A stretch of 64,000 bases of DNA from an uncultured Holophagales bacterium (lineage in GTDB: Bacteria; Acidobacteriota; Thermoanaerobaculia; Multivoradales; UBA5704): assembly GCA_963842525.1 (NCBI GenBank), contig CAWJGT010000001.1, positions 640,001-704,000 of the forward strand, in the 5' to 3' direction. The position numbers and the translations under genes were made by a program. Positions within the stretch are counted from its first letter, which is position 1. The number at the start of each line of letters is the position of its first letter. Below, one piece after another: positions 36,589-47,348 of the stretch. The notes beneath the pieces were generated by a model that was not told where the DNA came from, made no database searches, and saw nothing but the letters and a program-made list of their open reading frames with translations.

Positions 36589-37101
36589 TCACACAGGCGA
36601 CGGTCTGGGCGCTTGCGCGTAGAGCGCCTCGATGTGGCCCTTGCCCTCGCGGAGGAGGTGGATGCGGCCGGCGGCGGCGAAGCGGCGGAGGGCGGAGGAG
36701 ACGGTTCGCGAGCCGGCGAGGCCTTTGAGCCGGGTGCGGAAGCGCTGATTGACCTCGCGCGCCAGGCCGTTCGGACCAAAGGTCTCTTCCGGTGCCTTGC
36801 CCTCAATCAGGTACGCCACGAAATCGCTCACCGTGGTGAGCCTGCCGGTCGCCGCCTCTTCGTCGACTTTGGGAGGCTTGGCGGCCGCTCGCCGGCGCTC
36901 GACCAGCTCGTTCGCCGCCAGGGTGGCCTGCTCGAAGGCCGCCAGACGCTCCTGGGCGACCTGGAGAGATTCGGCGTGGAGAGCCCGTTGCTCGCGGTGG
37001 AAGACCTCCTGCTGAGCGTGCAACGTCTCCTGGGCGCGGTGGTGCTCGACCTCCGCTTTCAGCTCCGCGAGGAACTGGTCGACGGACAGCTTGGTGCTCA
37101 A
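36589..37101 (-). CDS. Hypothetical coiled-coil plus putative winged-helix protein
   Basis: TTG start after AAGGAGG; helical N-terminus; C-terminal VSSALRRFAAAGRIHLLREG. Confidence 0.6.
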   Translation of the reverse strand: MSTKLSVDQFLAELKAEVEHHRAQETLHAQQEVFHREQRALHAESLQVAQERLAAFEQATLAANELVERRRAAAKPPKVDEEAATGRLTTVSDFVAYLIEGKAPEETFGPNGLAREVNQRFRTRLKGLAGSRTVSSALRRFAAAGRIHLLREGKGHIEALYAQAPRPSPV

Positions 37102-37239
37102 GGTGACCTCCTTGGCCGCTTCAGAGTCGCAAAGGCCCAGAGCCGTGTCGCAATCGGTTCTGCGGGTGGCGCACAGCGTCGAGCTCTCCGCCAAAGCTAG
37201 CGCAAAGCGGGACCTCTGTCCAGGCTCACATCAGTGATA

Positions 37240-37710
37240 AGCGTTCAGTGCGACGTTGCCCGCCTTCCTCAGGACGAGGAACGCGACAGATCGCTGTCGG
37301 TTCGGTTGCGAGAGGCGCAAAATCGACGCAGTGCGACGAGACGGATATCTATTGCGCCTTTTCGCGCGCACAGCACGACGCCGCATTCGCCTATTGCGCC
37401 TCAATGGAGGATTTTTGCGCCCGCTTGCGCTTATTTTGCGCTCGCTTACGTGCTCAGCGCGACTCTGGATCGGTTGACCGTCGCAAACACGTGAAGCTTC
37501 TCGACACATCGACCCTCCTTTGCGCCGAGAGTTCCGCATGGTGTCGCAAGGATCCCCTGGGGGCCTTTGGCACAGTCCGTACCCAGCCGGCGAAGTGGAT
37601 TCATCGTCGCAAAGTACGCGTTCAGTGCGACTCGATATCGATGCAGCGCGACTCTGAACGCATGCAGCGTCGCGATGAATCGATACAGCGCGACTCTTTG
37701 CGCGCTGAGG
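37240..37710. repeat. Degenerate 21-bp-periodic repeats
   Basis: cag(t/c)gcgactc units every 21 nt at about 37620-37700; (a/t)ttgcgc units at 21/42-nt spacing at about 37350-37440. Confidence 0.55.
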
Positions 37711-37857
37711 AGCATGAGAAGGCTCGTTTTTGCGCCGTGAAAAGCCGTTTGCGTCATGAAGGGGCCGTTGGGCCCAGAAGCCGAAGGATTTGAGGCGGGC
37801 ACGCATCCAAGAGCGGCAGGGCATCCCATCGCCTACCCCTCGGAAGGAGGGATCGAC

Positions 37858-39165
37858 ATGACCAGGTGGTTCTACGGGCTCTCTGCTGTGGCGCTCCTCG
37901 CCGGGATCGCCGTCTCCGCCGCCGGGCAGGAACAGCCCGTCACGTTCGAGTTCAGCTTTTCGAACCCCGGGGCCCGGAGCATGGGATTGGGCGGCGCCTT
38001 CGCGGCCCTGGCGGACGACGCCACGGCGGCGTTCGCCAATCCGGCGGGGCTCGTCCAACTGATCGAGCCGGAGCTCTCCGCCGAGGGGCGCTCCTCTTCG
38101 CGCCGAACTGAGTTCGTCCAGGGTGGGCGCGTGTCGGGCGAACCGAGCGGGCTCGGCATCGATACGGCCGGCGGATTGCGCCACGGAGTCGCCAAGACGG
38201 ACCAGACCGATGTCCCTTTCTCATCGCTCGTCTACCCGGTCAGGAGGTGGTCCTTCGCCCTCTATCGCCACACCTGGGCCGATTTCGACTTTGCGAGCCG
38301 GATCGATGGCCTTTTCGGTGTAGAGGAAGGAGAGGACTCGCGCGCCGGGGATATTCTCGCGCAGACTCGGGTCCAGGTCGTCAACAGCGGCCTGGCAGGT
38401 GCCTTCGAGATCACGGAGCGGTGGAGTGTCGGTCTCGGGATCGTGTACTACGAGGCGGAGATGAGCTCGTTCGCGGCGGAGTTCGCGCAGGATGAGGAAG
38501 CCCTTTACGAGCGCAGCACGTTTCCGGCCGAGCTTCTCGACACCACGTACTCGCACCAGGCGAAGGGCACGGACGTGAGCCTCCATGCGGGCTTCCTCTG
38601 GCGCGCTTCGCCGCAGTGGTCGGTGGGAGGCTACTTTCGTGAAGGGCCGCGCATGAAGCTCCGCGTGATCGAGACCGCGGGCCCGGCCGAAGGCGACGTG
38701 CCGGAGGGCACGATCGTGCTGGACGAGAGCAGCCCGCTCGATCTGCCGGACGTTTATGGTCTCGGAGTCGCTTTCCGTTCCAAGAATGGCGCCTGGGCCG
38801 TGGCCTCCGAGTGGTCGCGAATACATTATTCCTCGATCACGCGGGGCCTCGACGTCGACGTTTTGGATCCGCAGCAGATCCGGCTCCGTGACGGAGACGA
38901 GCTCCATCTGGGTCTGGAGTACGTTTTCGTCCGCTCGCAGCCGATTGTCGGCCTGCGGCTTGGTGCCTGGCGGGATCCCGCTCACCAGGTCATCGCCGGG
39001 CCGGACGCGGACATCTTCGAGAAAGCGGTCTTTCAGGCCGGCAAGGATGAGATCCACTTCACCGGCGGCATCGGCCTGGTCCTCGGGAAGTTCCAGGTCG
39101 ACCTGGGGATCGATCATTCGGATCTGGCCGACCTCTCCTCGCTGTCGCTCGTCTATCGGTTCTGA
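37858..39165 (+). CDS. FadL/OmpP1-like outer-membrane beta-barrel
   Basis: Signal peptide; NPGARSMGLGGAFAALADDATAAFANPAGL; C-terminal YRF. Confidence 0.85.
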   Translation: MTRWFYGLSAVALLAGIAVSAAGQEQPVTFEFSFSNPGARSMGLGGAFAALADDATAAFANPAGLVQLIEPELSAEGRSSSRRTEFVQGGRVSGEPSGLGIDTAGGLRHGVAKTDQTDVPFSSLVYPVRRWSFALYRHTWADFDFASRIDGLFGVEEGEDSRAGDILAQTRVQVVNSGLAGAFEITERWSVGLGIVYYEAEMSSFAAEFAQDEEALYERSTFPAELLDTTYSHQAKGTDVSLHAGFLWRASPQWSVGGYFREGPRMKLRVIETAGPAEGDVPEGTIVLDESSPLDLPDVYGLGVAFRSKNGAWAVASEWSRIHYSSITRGLDVDVLDPQQIRLRDGDELHLGLEYVFVRSQPIVGLRLGAWRDPAHQVIAGPDADIFEKAVFQAGKDEIHFTGGIGLVLGKFQVDLGIDHSDLADLSSLSLVYRF

Positions 39166-39175
39166 GGTGTCGCCG

Positions 39176-41418
39176 GTGAAATCGCTGTGCCTTGCCTTGG
39201 CCCTGGCTCTGCTCCTCGCACCGCCGGCCCATGCACAGACCTGGTACGAGTCCTACCACAAGGCCGAGGAGGCGCTGGACGACAAGAAGTGGAGCGAGGC
39301 TGTTCATCACCTCAACGCCGCGTTGGAGCAGAAGCCGAGCTCGAGCGCGAACAGCCGCACCTATGGGATGCGGTTCATCCAGTACTTCCCGTATCTCAAG
39401 CTCGGCATCGCCTACTACCACCTCGGACAGGCCGACGCCGCTCTGCAAGCGTTCGAAACGGAGCAGCGGCAGGGGGCGATCGACCAGTCTGGAGACGGCC
39501 GCGCCCTGTTGCAGACCTACCGCGACCGGATCCAGAGAGAGCAGTCGGCGGAAGCGGCCACGCGGCAGCGCCGCGCGCAAGATGTCGTCGCCGAGAACCT
39601 GGCGCTGGCGCACAGGCTCGAGGAGCAGGGCCGGCTCGAAGATGCTCTCGCTGCTGTCACCAAGGCTCTTGCCGTGGCTCCGGACCATTCCGAGGCCCAG
39701 GATGCGCGGCGGCGGCTCCTGGCTGCGCTGGCTTCGTTGGCCGAAAAGCAGCGGCAGCAGGAGGAAGAGGAGCGGCTCACGAGGCTGCGCCGCCAGTCCC
39801 AGGAGCATCTCCGCGCTGAAGTCGGGGGCCGGCAGGACAAGCCGGAGCGGCAACGTTTCATCGCCCAGAGCCTCCGCCGCGCGACCGAGCTCGAACGCGC
39901 GGGGAGCTCGCGAAATCCCTGGCCGAGCTGCAGGCGGTCCTCGTCCTGGACCCGCGGAACGCGGAGGCCCGAACGATCCAGGAGCGGATCCTGCGTGCGC
40001 AGGCGGCGGCCGCGGAGTCCGGGGCGGTTCGCCAGCTCCTGACCGAAGCCGAGCGACTGTTGCAAGCGGGCGACTACGAGCAGGCCCTGCGAACCGCCAA
40101 CCGCGTGCTGGTGCTGGAACCGGCGAATGACGCGGTGCTCCGGTATATCACCCAGGCGTATGCACGGCTCAGCGATGACTTGCTCGCCTCCGACGACGCA
40201 CCCCCCGCCATCCTCCTCGACGACGGCCCGCCGGTGGTTCCCTCTCCCGAGCTCGTCCTCAGCGGGACGGTCTACGACGACGCACCGGTCAAGATCCAGT
40301 TCCTCGACAAGGACCGGCCGGTAGGCCGGGGAACCGTCCAGGCCCGAGAGCTCCACGGCATCTGGGTCACCAACTTCAGATGGCAGCACCGCGTCCCGGC
40401 CGGGGTCTCGACCCTCGACGTCGTCGCGGTCGACGAGGGAGGGAACCGGACGACGGTCCCGTACAGGGTCGAGTACGTCGTCCCGTTCGTCCGCTCGCTG
40501 TGGTTCCCGGCCTCGATCACCGCCGGCCTCGCCTCCGTGGGCCTCGGCCTCGTGGCCGTGAAGGCGCGGCGCCGGCGCAAGCGGCTGCGGGACCGGTTCA
40601 ACCCGTACATCGCCGGTGCGCCGATCCTGGAGCACGCGCGGTTCTTCGGCCGCCAGCAGTTGCTCGACTATGTGCTGCGGCGGATCTGCAACAACAGCGT
40701 CATGCTCTATGGAGAAAGACGGATCGGCAAGACCTCGTTCCAACACCAGCTCAAGAAGTGTCTTGCCACCCTCGAGGATCCCGACCACGTGCTCTATCCG
40801 GTCTACATCGACCTCCAGGGCACGCCGCAGGACAAATTCTTCGCGACGCTGGCGGCCGAGGTCTTCCATGAGCTCGCGCCGAAGCTGGAAGGCCTGCAGC
40901 CCTCCGCGGCCCCGGTCCAGGAATCCTACGGGTACCGCGACTTCGTCCGGGACGTCCAGCGGGTCCTGAAGGCTTTGAAAAGCCGCACGACCAAAAAGGT
41001 CAAGCTCGTGCTGCTCATCGACGAGGTCGACGAGCTGAATGATTACGACCCGCGGATCAACCAGAGGCTGCGCAGCCTGTTCATGCGGGAGTTTGCCGAC
41101 AACCTGGTTTCGGTCGTCTCCGGCGTGGGGATCAAAAAGGATTGGGACCGTGAAGGGAGCCCCTGGTACAACTTCTTCCAGGAAATCGAGGTCAAGCCCC
41201 TCGATCAGGAGGAGGCCAGATCGCTTATCGAGGCTCCGGTGCGGGGCGTCTTTGCGTTCGAAGAGGGCGTGGCGGACGAGATCATCCGGCGGACCGGCAG
41301 CAAGCCCTACCTGATTCAACGGCTCTGCTCCGGTCTGGTCGATCGGATGCACGAGGAGCGGCGCCGGAGGATCACTCTGGCCGACGTCGAATCCGCGTGC
41401 CGGATCGAGGGGCTCTAG
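39176..41418 (+). CDS. Signal peptide-TPR-TM-P-loop ATPase (frameshift near 39910)
   Basis: AHA signal cleavage, TPRs, TM followed by RRRRKR, NPYIAG, GERRIGKTS, LLIDEVD. Confidence 0.8.
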
Positions 41419-41433
41419 CGAGGATTCGAGACC

Positions 41434-43374
41434 ATGCCGGTCACTCCCTACGTCGTCGGTCAGTGGGTTCGCGAAGAGCGGTTCTACGGCCGCAGCGCGC
41501 TCATTACAGAGATTCTGGAAGGCAACCGGAACTGCCTGTGGATCCTCGGCACGCGCAGGATCGGCAAGACGTCGATCCTCAAGCAGCTCGAGCACCTGAC
41601 CTCGACCGCGCCGAAACCTCGCTATGTCCCGCTGTACTGGGACTTCCAGGGCTCGGAAGAGGCGGAGGATCTTCACCAGGGCTTCCGCGATGCGCTGTTC
41701 AACGCGAGCGACAGGCTGGAGGCGCTCGGCATCCCGCTCGCGGACGTCGACAGCGACGACCTGTTCACCGCGATGAGCCGCCTGCGCCGGGAGCTGCGCG
41801 CGCGCGACCTGGTCCTCTTGCTGCTGGGCGACGAGGTCGAGGAGCTGGTCACGATCCACGAAAGAGCGCCGGGATTCCTCCGCCGGCTGCGCCGCGCGTT
41901 GCAATCGCCCGAGAACATTCGAACGGTTTTCGCGTCGACGATCCGATTGTGGAATCTCGCTGCCGAGGAATCGACGACCTCGCCCTTCCTGCACGGCTTC
42001 ACGCCGCCTCTCCCGATCCGGGGCTTGACCGACGACGAGGCACGCTGCCTCGTTCGCCAGTCGCAGCTTCCGCCCGCTTCGCGGCCGCAGCTCGACGAGC
42101 CGACGATCGAGGTGATGCGGGCCCGCTGCAACAATCACCCTTATCTTCTCCAGCTCCTCGGCGAGCGCTATCTCGAACGCGGGGACCTGGATCAGGCGAT
42201 CGAGGAGATCGCCACCGACGAGATGGTCAGCTTCTTCTTCAGCGCCGACCTGGCGATGCTGACGGAGGCCGAGCGCCACATCCTCGACATCATCGACGAA
42301 CAGAAGGAGCCGACGAGCAAATCCATCCGCGAAAGGCTCGCCCTCGAATCGACGTCGCTCCGTGGTGGCCTGCAACGGCTCGAGCACCTCGGCTTCATCC
42401 ACCGCTCGCCCCAGGGCGAATATTCCCTGGCGAGCTCGTTTTTCAGGAGATGGTTCGCCGAGCTGGCAGAGAGGCGCCGGGGACGGCCCGACATCGAAAA
42501 GCGGCCGACGGTCCTGGCGCCGCGCCGCGCCGCGGCCGGCGTTTCCTCACCGGTGCCACCACTGCGGCGGATCGACAACCGCTACGAGCTTCTCGTCCGC
42601 CTCGGGAACGGCTCCAGCGGCGAGGTCTACAAGGCGCACGACACTCTGTTGCGCACGGTGGTTGCGGTCAAGATCCTGAAGCGCGAGCACTGCGTCGACG
42701 AGGAGGCCGTGGAACGGCTGCGCCGCGAGGTGGTCCTGGCCCGGGACCTGTCGCATCCGAACATCCTCAAGATCTATCACCTCGGCGATGACCAGGGGCA
42801 GAGATACATCACCATGCAATACGTGGACGGCCCGGATCTGTCCAAGGTCATCGCGAAGGAAGCGCCCCTGGACACCGACCGGGCCGTCGTCGTCGCCGGC
42901 AAGCTCGCGGCGGCATTGGCCGCTCTCCACCGGTGCCATGTCCTGCACCGCGACATCAAACCGTCCAACGTCCTGATCGACGAGGCAGGAGAGCCGCGCA
43001 TCACCGACTTCGGCCTGGCGCGCCTCGACTGGGGGCCGGCCGTCACGCGGGACGGGTTCTTCCTGGGCACCCCGGAGTACGCGTCCCCGGAGCAGGCTTC
43101 GGGCGAGCACCTGGACGAACGATCGGACCTCTACGCCCTGGGGATCGTGATCTTCGAGATGGTCACAGGCCGTCGTCCATTCACCGCCGAATCCGCCAAC
43201 GAGATGCTGTTCAAACAGATCCGGCAACCGCCGCCCGCCCCGCGGGACCTCATGCCGGCGATCCCTGCGCCGCTCTCGGACCTGATCCTGCGCTGCCTGG
43301 CCAAGGATCGGGCACACCGCTTCCAGAGCGCCAACGAGCTCCACGCCGCGCTCGGCGCGTTGCGGCAGCCCTGA
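41434..43374 (+). CDS. P-loop ATPase fused to Ser/Thr protein kinase
   Basis: PYVVG, GTRRIGKTS, LLGDEVE; VAVK, HRDIKPSN, DFG, GTPEYASPE. Confidence 0.92.
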   Translation: MPVTPYVVGQWVREERFYGRSALITEILEGNRNCLWILGTRRIGKTSILKQLEHLTSTAPKPRYVPLYWDFQGSEEAEDLHQGFRDALFNASDRLEALGIPLADVDSDDLFTAMSRLRRELRARDLVLLLLGDEVEELVTIHERAPGFLRRLRRALQSPENIRTVFASTIRLWNLAAEESTTSPFLHGFTPPLPIRGLTDDEARCLVRQSQLPPASRPQLDEPTIEVMRARCNNHPYLLQLLGERYLERGDLDQAIEEIATDEMVSFFFSADLAMLTEAERHILDIIDEQKEPTSKSIRERLALESTSLRGGLQRLEHLGFIHRSPQGEYSLASSFFRRWFAELAERRRGRPDIEKRPTVLAPRRAAAGVSSPVPPLRRIDNRYELLVRLGNGSSGEVYKAHDTLLRTVVAVKILKREHCVDEEAVERLRREVVLARDLSHPNILKIYHLGDDQGQRYITMQYVDGPDLSKVIAKEAPLDTDRAVVVAGKLAAALAALHRCHVLHRDIKPSNVLIDEAGEPRITDFGLARLDWGPAVTRDGFFLGTPEYASPEQASGEHLDERSDLYALGIVIFEMVTGRRPFTAESANEMLFKQIRQPPPAPRDLMPAIPAPLSDLILRCLAKDRAHRFQSANELHAALGALRQP

Positions 43375-43615
43375 GAGGGTGTTTGGAAAGTCCTCACCAG
43401 CGAACACGATCGGCCGGCTGATGATCCGGGTCCGTCGTATCATCCTGAGCGTAGCGAAAGATCTGGGCGGTGGTAACGGCTCAGAATCCAAGACCGGAGC
43501 GGGCTCGCGGCCTCCCTTCCCCCAGATCCTTCGCTACGCTCAGGATGACACGACGGGGCTGGGTGCCCAAGACGGACCTTACCAGCTCGCTTGCGGCCCC
43601 TTTCCAAACACCCTC
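43375..43615. mobile_element. MITE with IS5-like ends carrying a REP pair
   Basis: Perfect 16-bp TIR gagggtgtttggaaag/ctttccaaacaccctc; TGA on both flanks; internal catcctgagcgtagcgaa..gatct inverted pair. Confidence 0.75.
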
Positions 43616-43679
43616 TGAAGCGGTCATCAGAGTAGAACCAGGAACGAGACCACGACGGCACCGTCCCGCAGGAAGCGGA

Positions 43680-44537
43680 TCACGGCCCGCCCGCAAGCTC
43701 CACGCCGAGGGCCTTCAGTCGCTGGCCCAGGGCCTCGAAGGTGCTCTCAATCGCTCCTTCAAATCGAATCGGCAACAGCCCTCCCAAGTCTGACGGGAGC
43801 TGCCCCTGCTGTTCTTTGGAAGTTCCCCATTTCTGCAGCACGATGAGCCTCTGGAGGCCTCGCGAGAGTCCCATCGCGATCCCGATCTCGAGCAGCACGT
43901 TGAGACGCGGGTACGAGCTCCCGTCCGGAGCCCGATCATCGGGTGTGCAGACCGCAACGAAGGCGCCGCACTCGTTCATCCGGGAGACCAGCCCCTGCCC
44001 GATCTCCGTGGCAAGGGTCGCCCCTGAGATAGTTTCCGCCACCAAGCCGTTCTCTGTCAGGAACTCCTTGACCCTCCCAGTGGCGCCATCGGCGTGCCGG
44101 TCGTGGCCGTAGATCAGGAAGACCTTCCGGCGGTTCACATAGACCCCGCGCTGCGCCAGCTCCTGCCGGATCTCTCCGGCCATCCATCCAGGATGGGTCG
44201 ACTTCGACTTGGGTATGACGTTGGGAGGGAGGTCGCCGATCTTGAGGCGATCGTAGAAGTTGGTGATCATGAAGATCGGGAGGGAACGCCCGGCATGGGC
44301 CTGCTCCGTGATCTTGCGCGAGAGGTCGAGCCCGACACGGTCCTCGTCGCCGAGAGCCTGTTTATCGGCTTCAATCAGGTCGACGATAATGAAATCCCAG
44401 GTTCCGCCAGAGAACCGGTCGATGAAGTCCTTTACCTTGTCCGCAATCTCCAAGTCGATGTTGTAATGGCGCCGTAGAGACTCCTGGAGCATGCGCATGT
44501 AGTCTTCGGGTTTGTCATCCCAAGCCAGGGCCCGCAT
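43680..44537 (-). CDS. Response-regulator receiver fused to CAP12/Pycsar-type TIR domain
   Basis: REC: WDD, FIIVD, MIT, K. TIR: KVFLIYGHD, TPDD, RLNVLLEIG, LPSDLGG. Confidence 0.85.
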   Translation of the reverse strand: MRALAWDDKPEDYMRMLQESLRRHYNIDLEIADKVKDFIDRFSGGTWDFIIVDLIEADKQALGDEDRVGLDLSRKITEQAHAGRSLPIFMITNFYDRLKIGDLPPNVIPKSKSTHPGWMAGEIRQELAQRGVYVNRRKVFLIYGHDRHADGATGRVKEFLTENGLVAETISGATLATEIGQGLVSRMNECGAFVAVCTPDDRAPDGSSYPRLNVLLEIGIAMGLSRGLQRLIVLQKWGTSKEQQGQLPSDLGGLLPIRFEGAIESTFEALGQRLKALGVELAGGP

Positions 44538-47348
44538 TTGCGTCCTCCTCAGTCCCTCGGCGCATTGCGTGCCAGCAGGGTAAGAATGGCGACGGTGCCT
44601 CGTTCCTCGCTTTTTTTACCGATCTCCAGCGAGCCTCCATAACTCAGGATGTCCCGCCGGTGTTGCCTAAGCGTGTCCTGCGAGCTGAAGCCGCCGAACG
44701 TGCCGCAATCGGAGATCACGGTCAGCCGGGAATAATCGCGCAGTTCCGTTTCTTCCGGCGGCGGTGCGGAGGCCTCGATCTTCTCGAGATCCGTCGACAC
44801 GAGGTCCGCCCAGCTCTCACCCTCGGCGAGCACCCAGCCAGCGAAGGAGTGTCGAGCGTTGGTGAAAAGGTTACGAAGTGTCTCGCGGAGTAGGTGCGGC
44901 TCGCACAAGACGAAGCACTCTGTCTCCATGGCCCGGTACTTTGCCAGCTCGCGGTCCCAGACGTTGCTGTAGCCATGGACGGTGAGCACCTGGTTGGCGT
45001 TCTCCAGTGCCGCCACGATGAGTTCGCGGAACGGTACGATGTAGCGGTGCAGCAGCGTCCTCAGGTACGAGCCGGGCTCCCAGAGAGCATAGAAGATCCG
45101 GGTGCGCAGGCGAACGATGGTACTGAAGTCGCTCTTGGCGACGATATTATTGATCCGGATGTTCTGAAAGATGTTGCCGAGAAGCACAGTGTCCTGAGAG
45201 AACCCTGGCAGCTCGGGCTCGTTTGAGAACTGCTGGGCCTCGGCACGGCTGGTCTGGGCGAAGAAGAGGAGTTGGCGAACGGCGCTGGCAATCTCCTCCA
45301 GGATTCCGGCTGTGTACACGGCGTCCTCAAGGAGCTTCTTGGTTTCCACCTTATCAATGCGGACACGCTGAACTTCTTCCTTCGGGTCGGCGGACTCTCG
45401 GAGGCTCACGAGCCCTTCCAACTCCAGCAAGGCCGCGTCGAGGCTCGAATAGATGGGATTGTGCCCCTTCTTGGGCGTCGTGACTTTGCTGTGGAGGTAG
45501 CGGATGACTTGATGCTTGGCCTTGAGCTCGTGCGCTCCAAGCTCGGTCAGGAGCAGGTTCAAGTTGGCTTTGACCCGGTTCTTCCGGCTGCGGGCCTCTC
45601 CCTCGCTGTCTTGTGGCAGGTTCTGCTCAAAAAAATTGATGAAGCGGGTGGCGGCCTTCTTCATCCGGTTCTTAAGCTCGACGGCAACTTCGGGCTGATG
45701 GAACTTGTGATGCGAGAAGTGCATCAGCATGGAAAGGTTCCAAGCGACGCGCTCATCGCCGAAATACTGGAACAGGTTTTCGGGATATGCGACCCACTCT
45801 TCGGGCTCGCGGCCGCAGGTCAGGACCTCGTGAATGAACTGATCGTAGTCGAACTCGTGATCGAGGAAGGAGAAGACAGAGACACCGAACAGCAGGTGGG
45901 TCTCCGTGTCGACAATCTTCTCGATCTCCGTGATCCGCCGCCGGCCCTCTAGCTCAAACCGCCGCTCGCGGAGGCTCTGGATACGCTCGATCAAGGTGCT
46001 GCGGAGATAACGGAACTTGCCCGTCATCTTGAGGTAGCTGAGGTCCGAAAGGAGAATCCCGAAGAGCTTGTAGAGAGTCTCCTTGTCGGAAAGGTTGGCG
46101 ATCTCCTGGATGAAAGGAGCATAGTCCCGAGATTCCACAACGTTGCGGCAGAGGAGCGCGAGCTTGCCCTCCTGGGAAGCAACTGTGATCGAAACGCGTC
46201 CTATTTCCAAGGTGTAGTCGGCCGGCAAGGGCTGTGAGGTGGGCTCTTCGAAGTCCCGAGAGGTCAGACTGTGGGAACGGAAGTACTTCTGGTCCTGGTT
46301 CATCCAGCGGCGGAAGCTGGGGACCCGCGTTTCGGCCGAGTAATATTGGAACAGCGCACCAATCGTCTGCTGCATCCTCGTGATGTCGTCGCTGTGAATA
46401 TCTGGGAGGTTGTACAGCGAAATGAAGGTGAAGCCCGCGTCGCCGACTGGTACGCCGTTTCCGATGCCGCGCAGGAGCCGCTTGATGCGGGCTACGAAGT
46501 TGCTGGTGTGCAGCCCCATCCGGTTGAGCAGGCAGATGGCGGTGATGCTCTGCACCGACTGGGAGGCGAGCAGGGAGACAAGGTTCCGTAGTTTCTCCGA
46601 AGTATGAAGGGAAAAGAGCAACAGGAGGATATGACCGTTTTGGATTTTCTCGATGCTGGGAGGGAGCAGGAAGTAGCTGCTGGAGGTTTCGAGCGAATGG
46701 ACGAACACGCACGGCTTCGGTTCCTTGTTCTGGGTCAGCCGGCGGTCCTCAACGAACTCCTTGAAGCGTACATCCTCGCGGTTGAAGGTGGTCACGATGG
46801 CCGAGCCTCGATCGACCGCCTCTTCGATGGCGGCCCAGATCTTGTCTCCGTGCTCACTAAGCAGACATTCCACCCGGATCGCCGTCGTGAACCGCCGGAG
46901 ATCCATCTGATAGAAATTGAAGTCGATGGCTTGTGCGGACTCAAGGTGATCGAACAACTCGATGTCGCTAAAGTGGGGCCGGAAACCGTTGGGTAGCAGC
47001 AGCTTCTCTTCCGGCAGTACCGTGACTGGATTGATCTTGAAGATCTTGTCGGCGGCAATGTCGGCGGATTCGACGAAAGGGATCGGACGCGTGGTCATCG
47101 CGTGGATGCGCAGAGGCGGAGACTGGTCGTTGAAGACGAGACGTGGATCGGCGATGAGGTACTCTCCGGTCACTACTACGCAGAGCACGCCGACCGGAGC
47201 CCCGCCGACCTCCTTGACGATCTCCGCCATCCTTCCGACCAGAGTCCCCGTGGCCATGACATCGGTGACGATGAGGACCTGCTCCCCTTTGAAGTCAAGA
47301 AGCCCGCGGTTCTCGAAGTTCAGGAATGGATAATGGCCAAGGTAGTGG

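Noticed and set aside
39517-42402. Long antisense ORFs (961 aa here; also 3077..5629, 53299..55260, 14632..16701)
   Set aside because: Shadow frames of well-supported high-GC genes, with no motifs
43680-44537. CBASS/Pycsar/Thoeris assignment
   Set aside because: No cyclase, STING/cNMP-binding domain or ThsA nearby; the TIR is fused to a receiver domain instead
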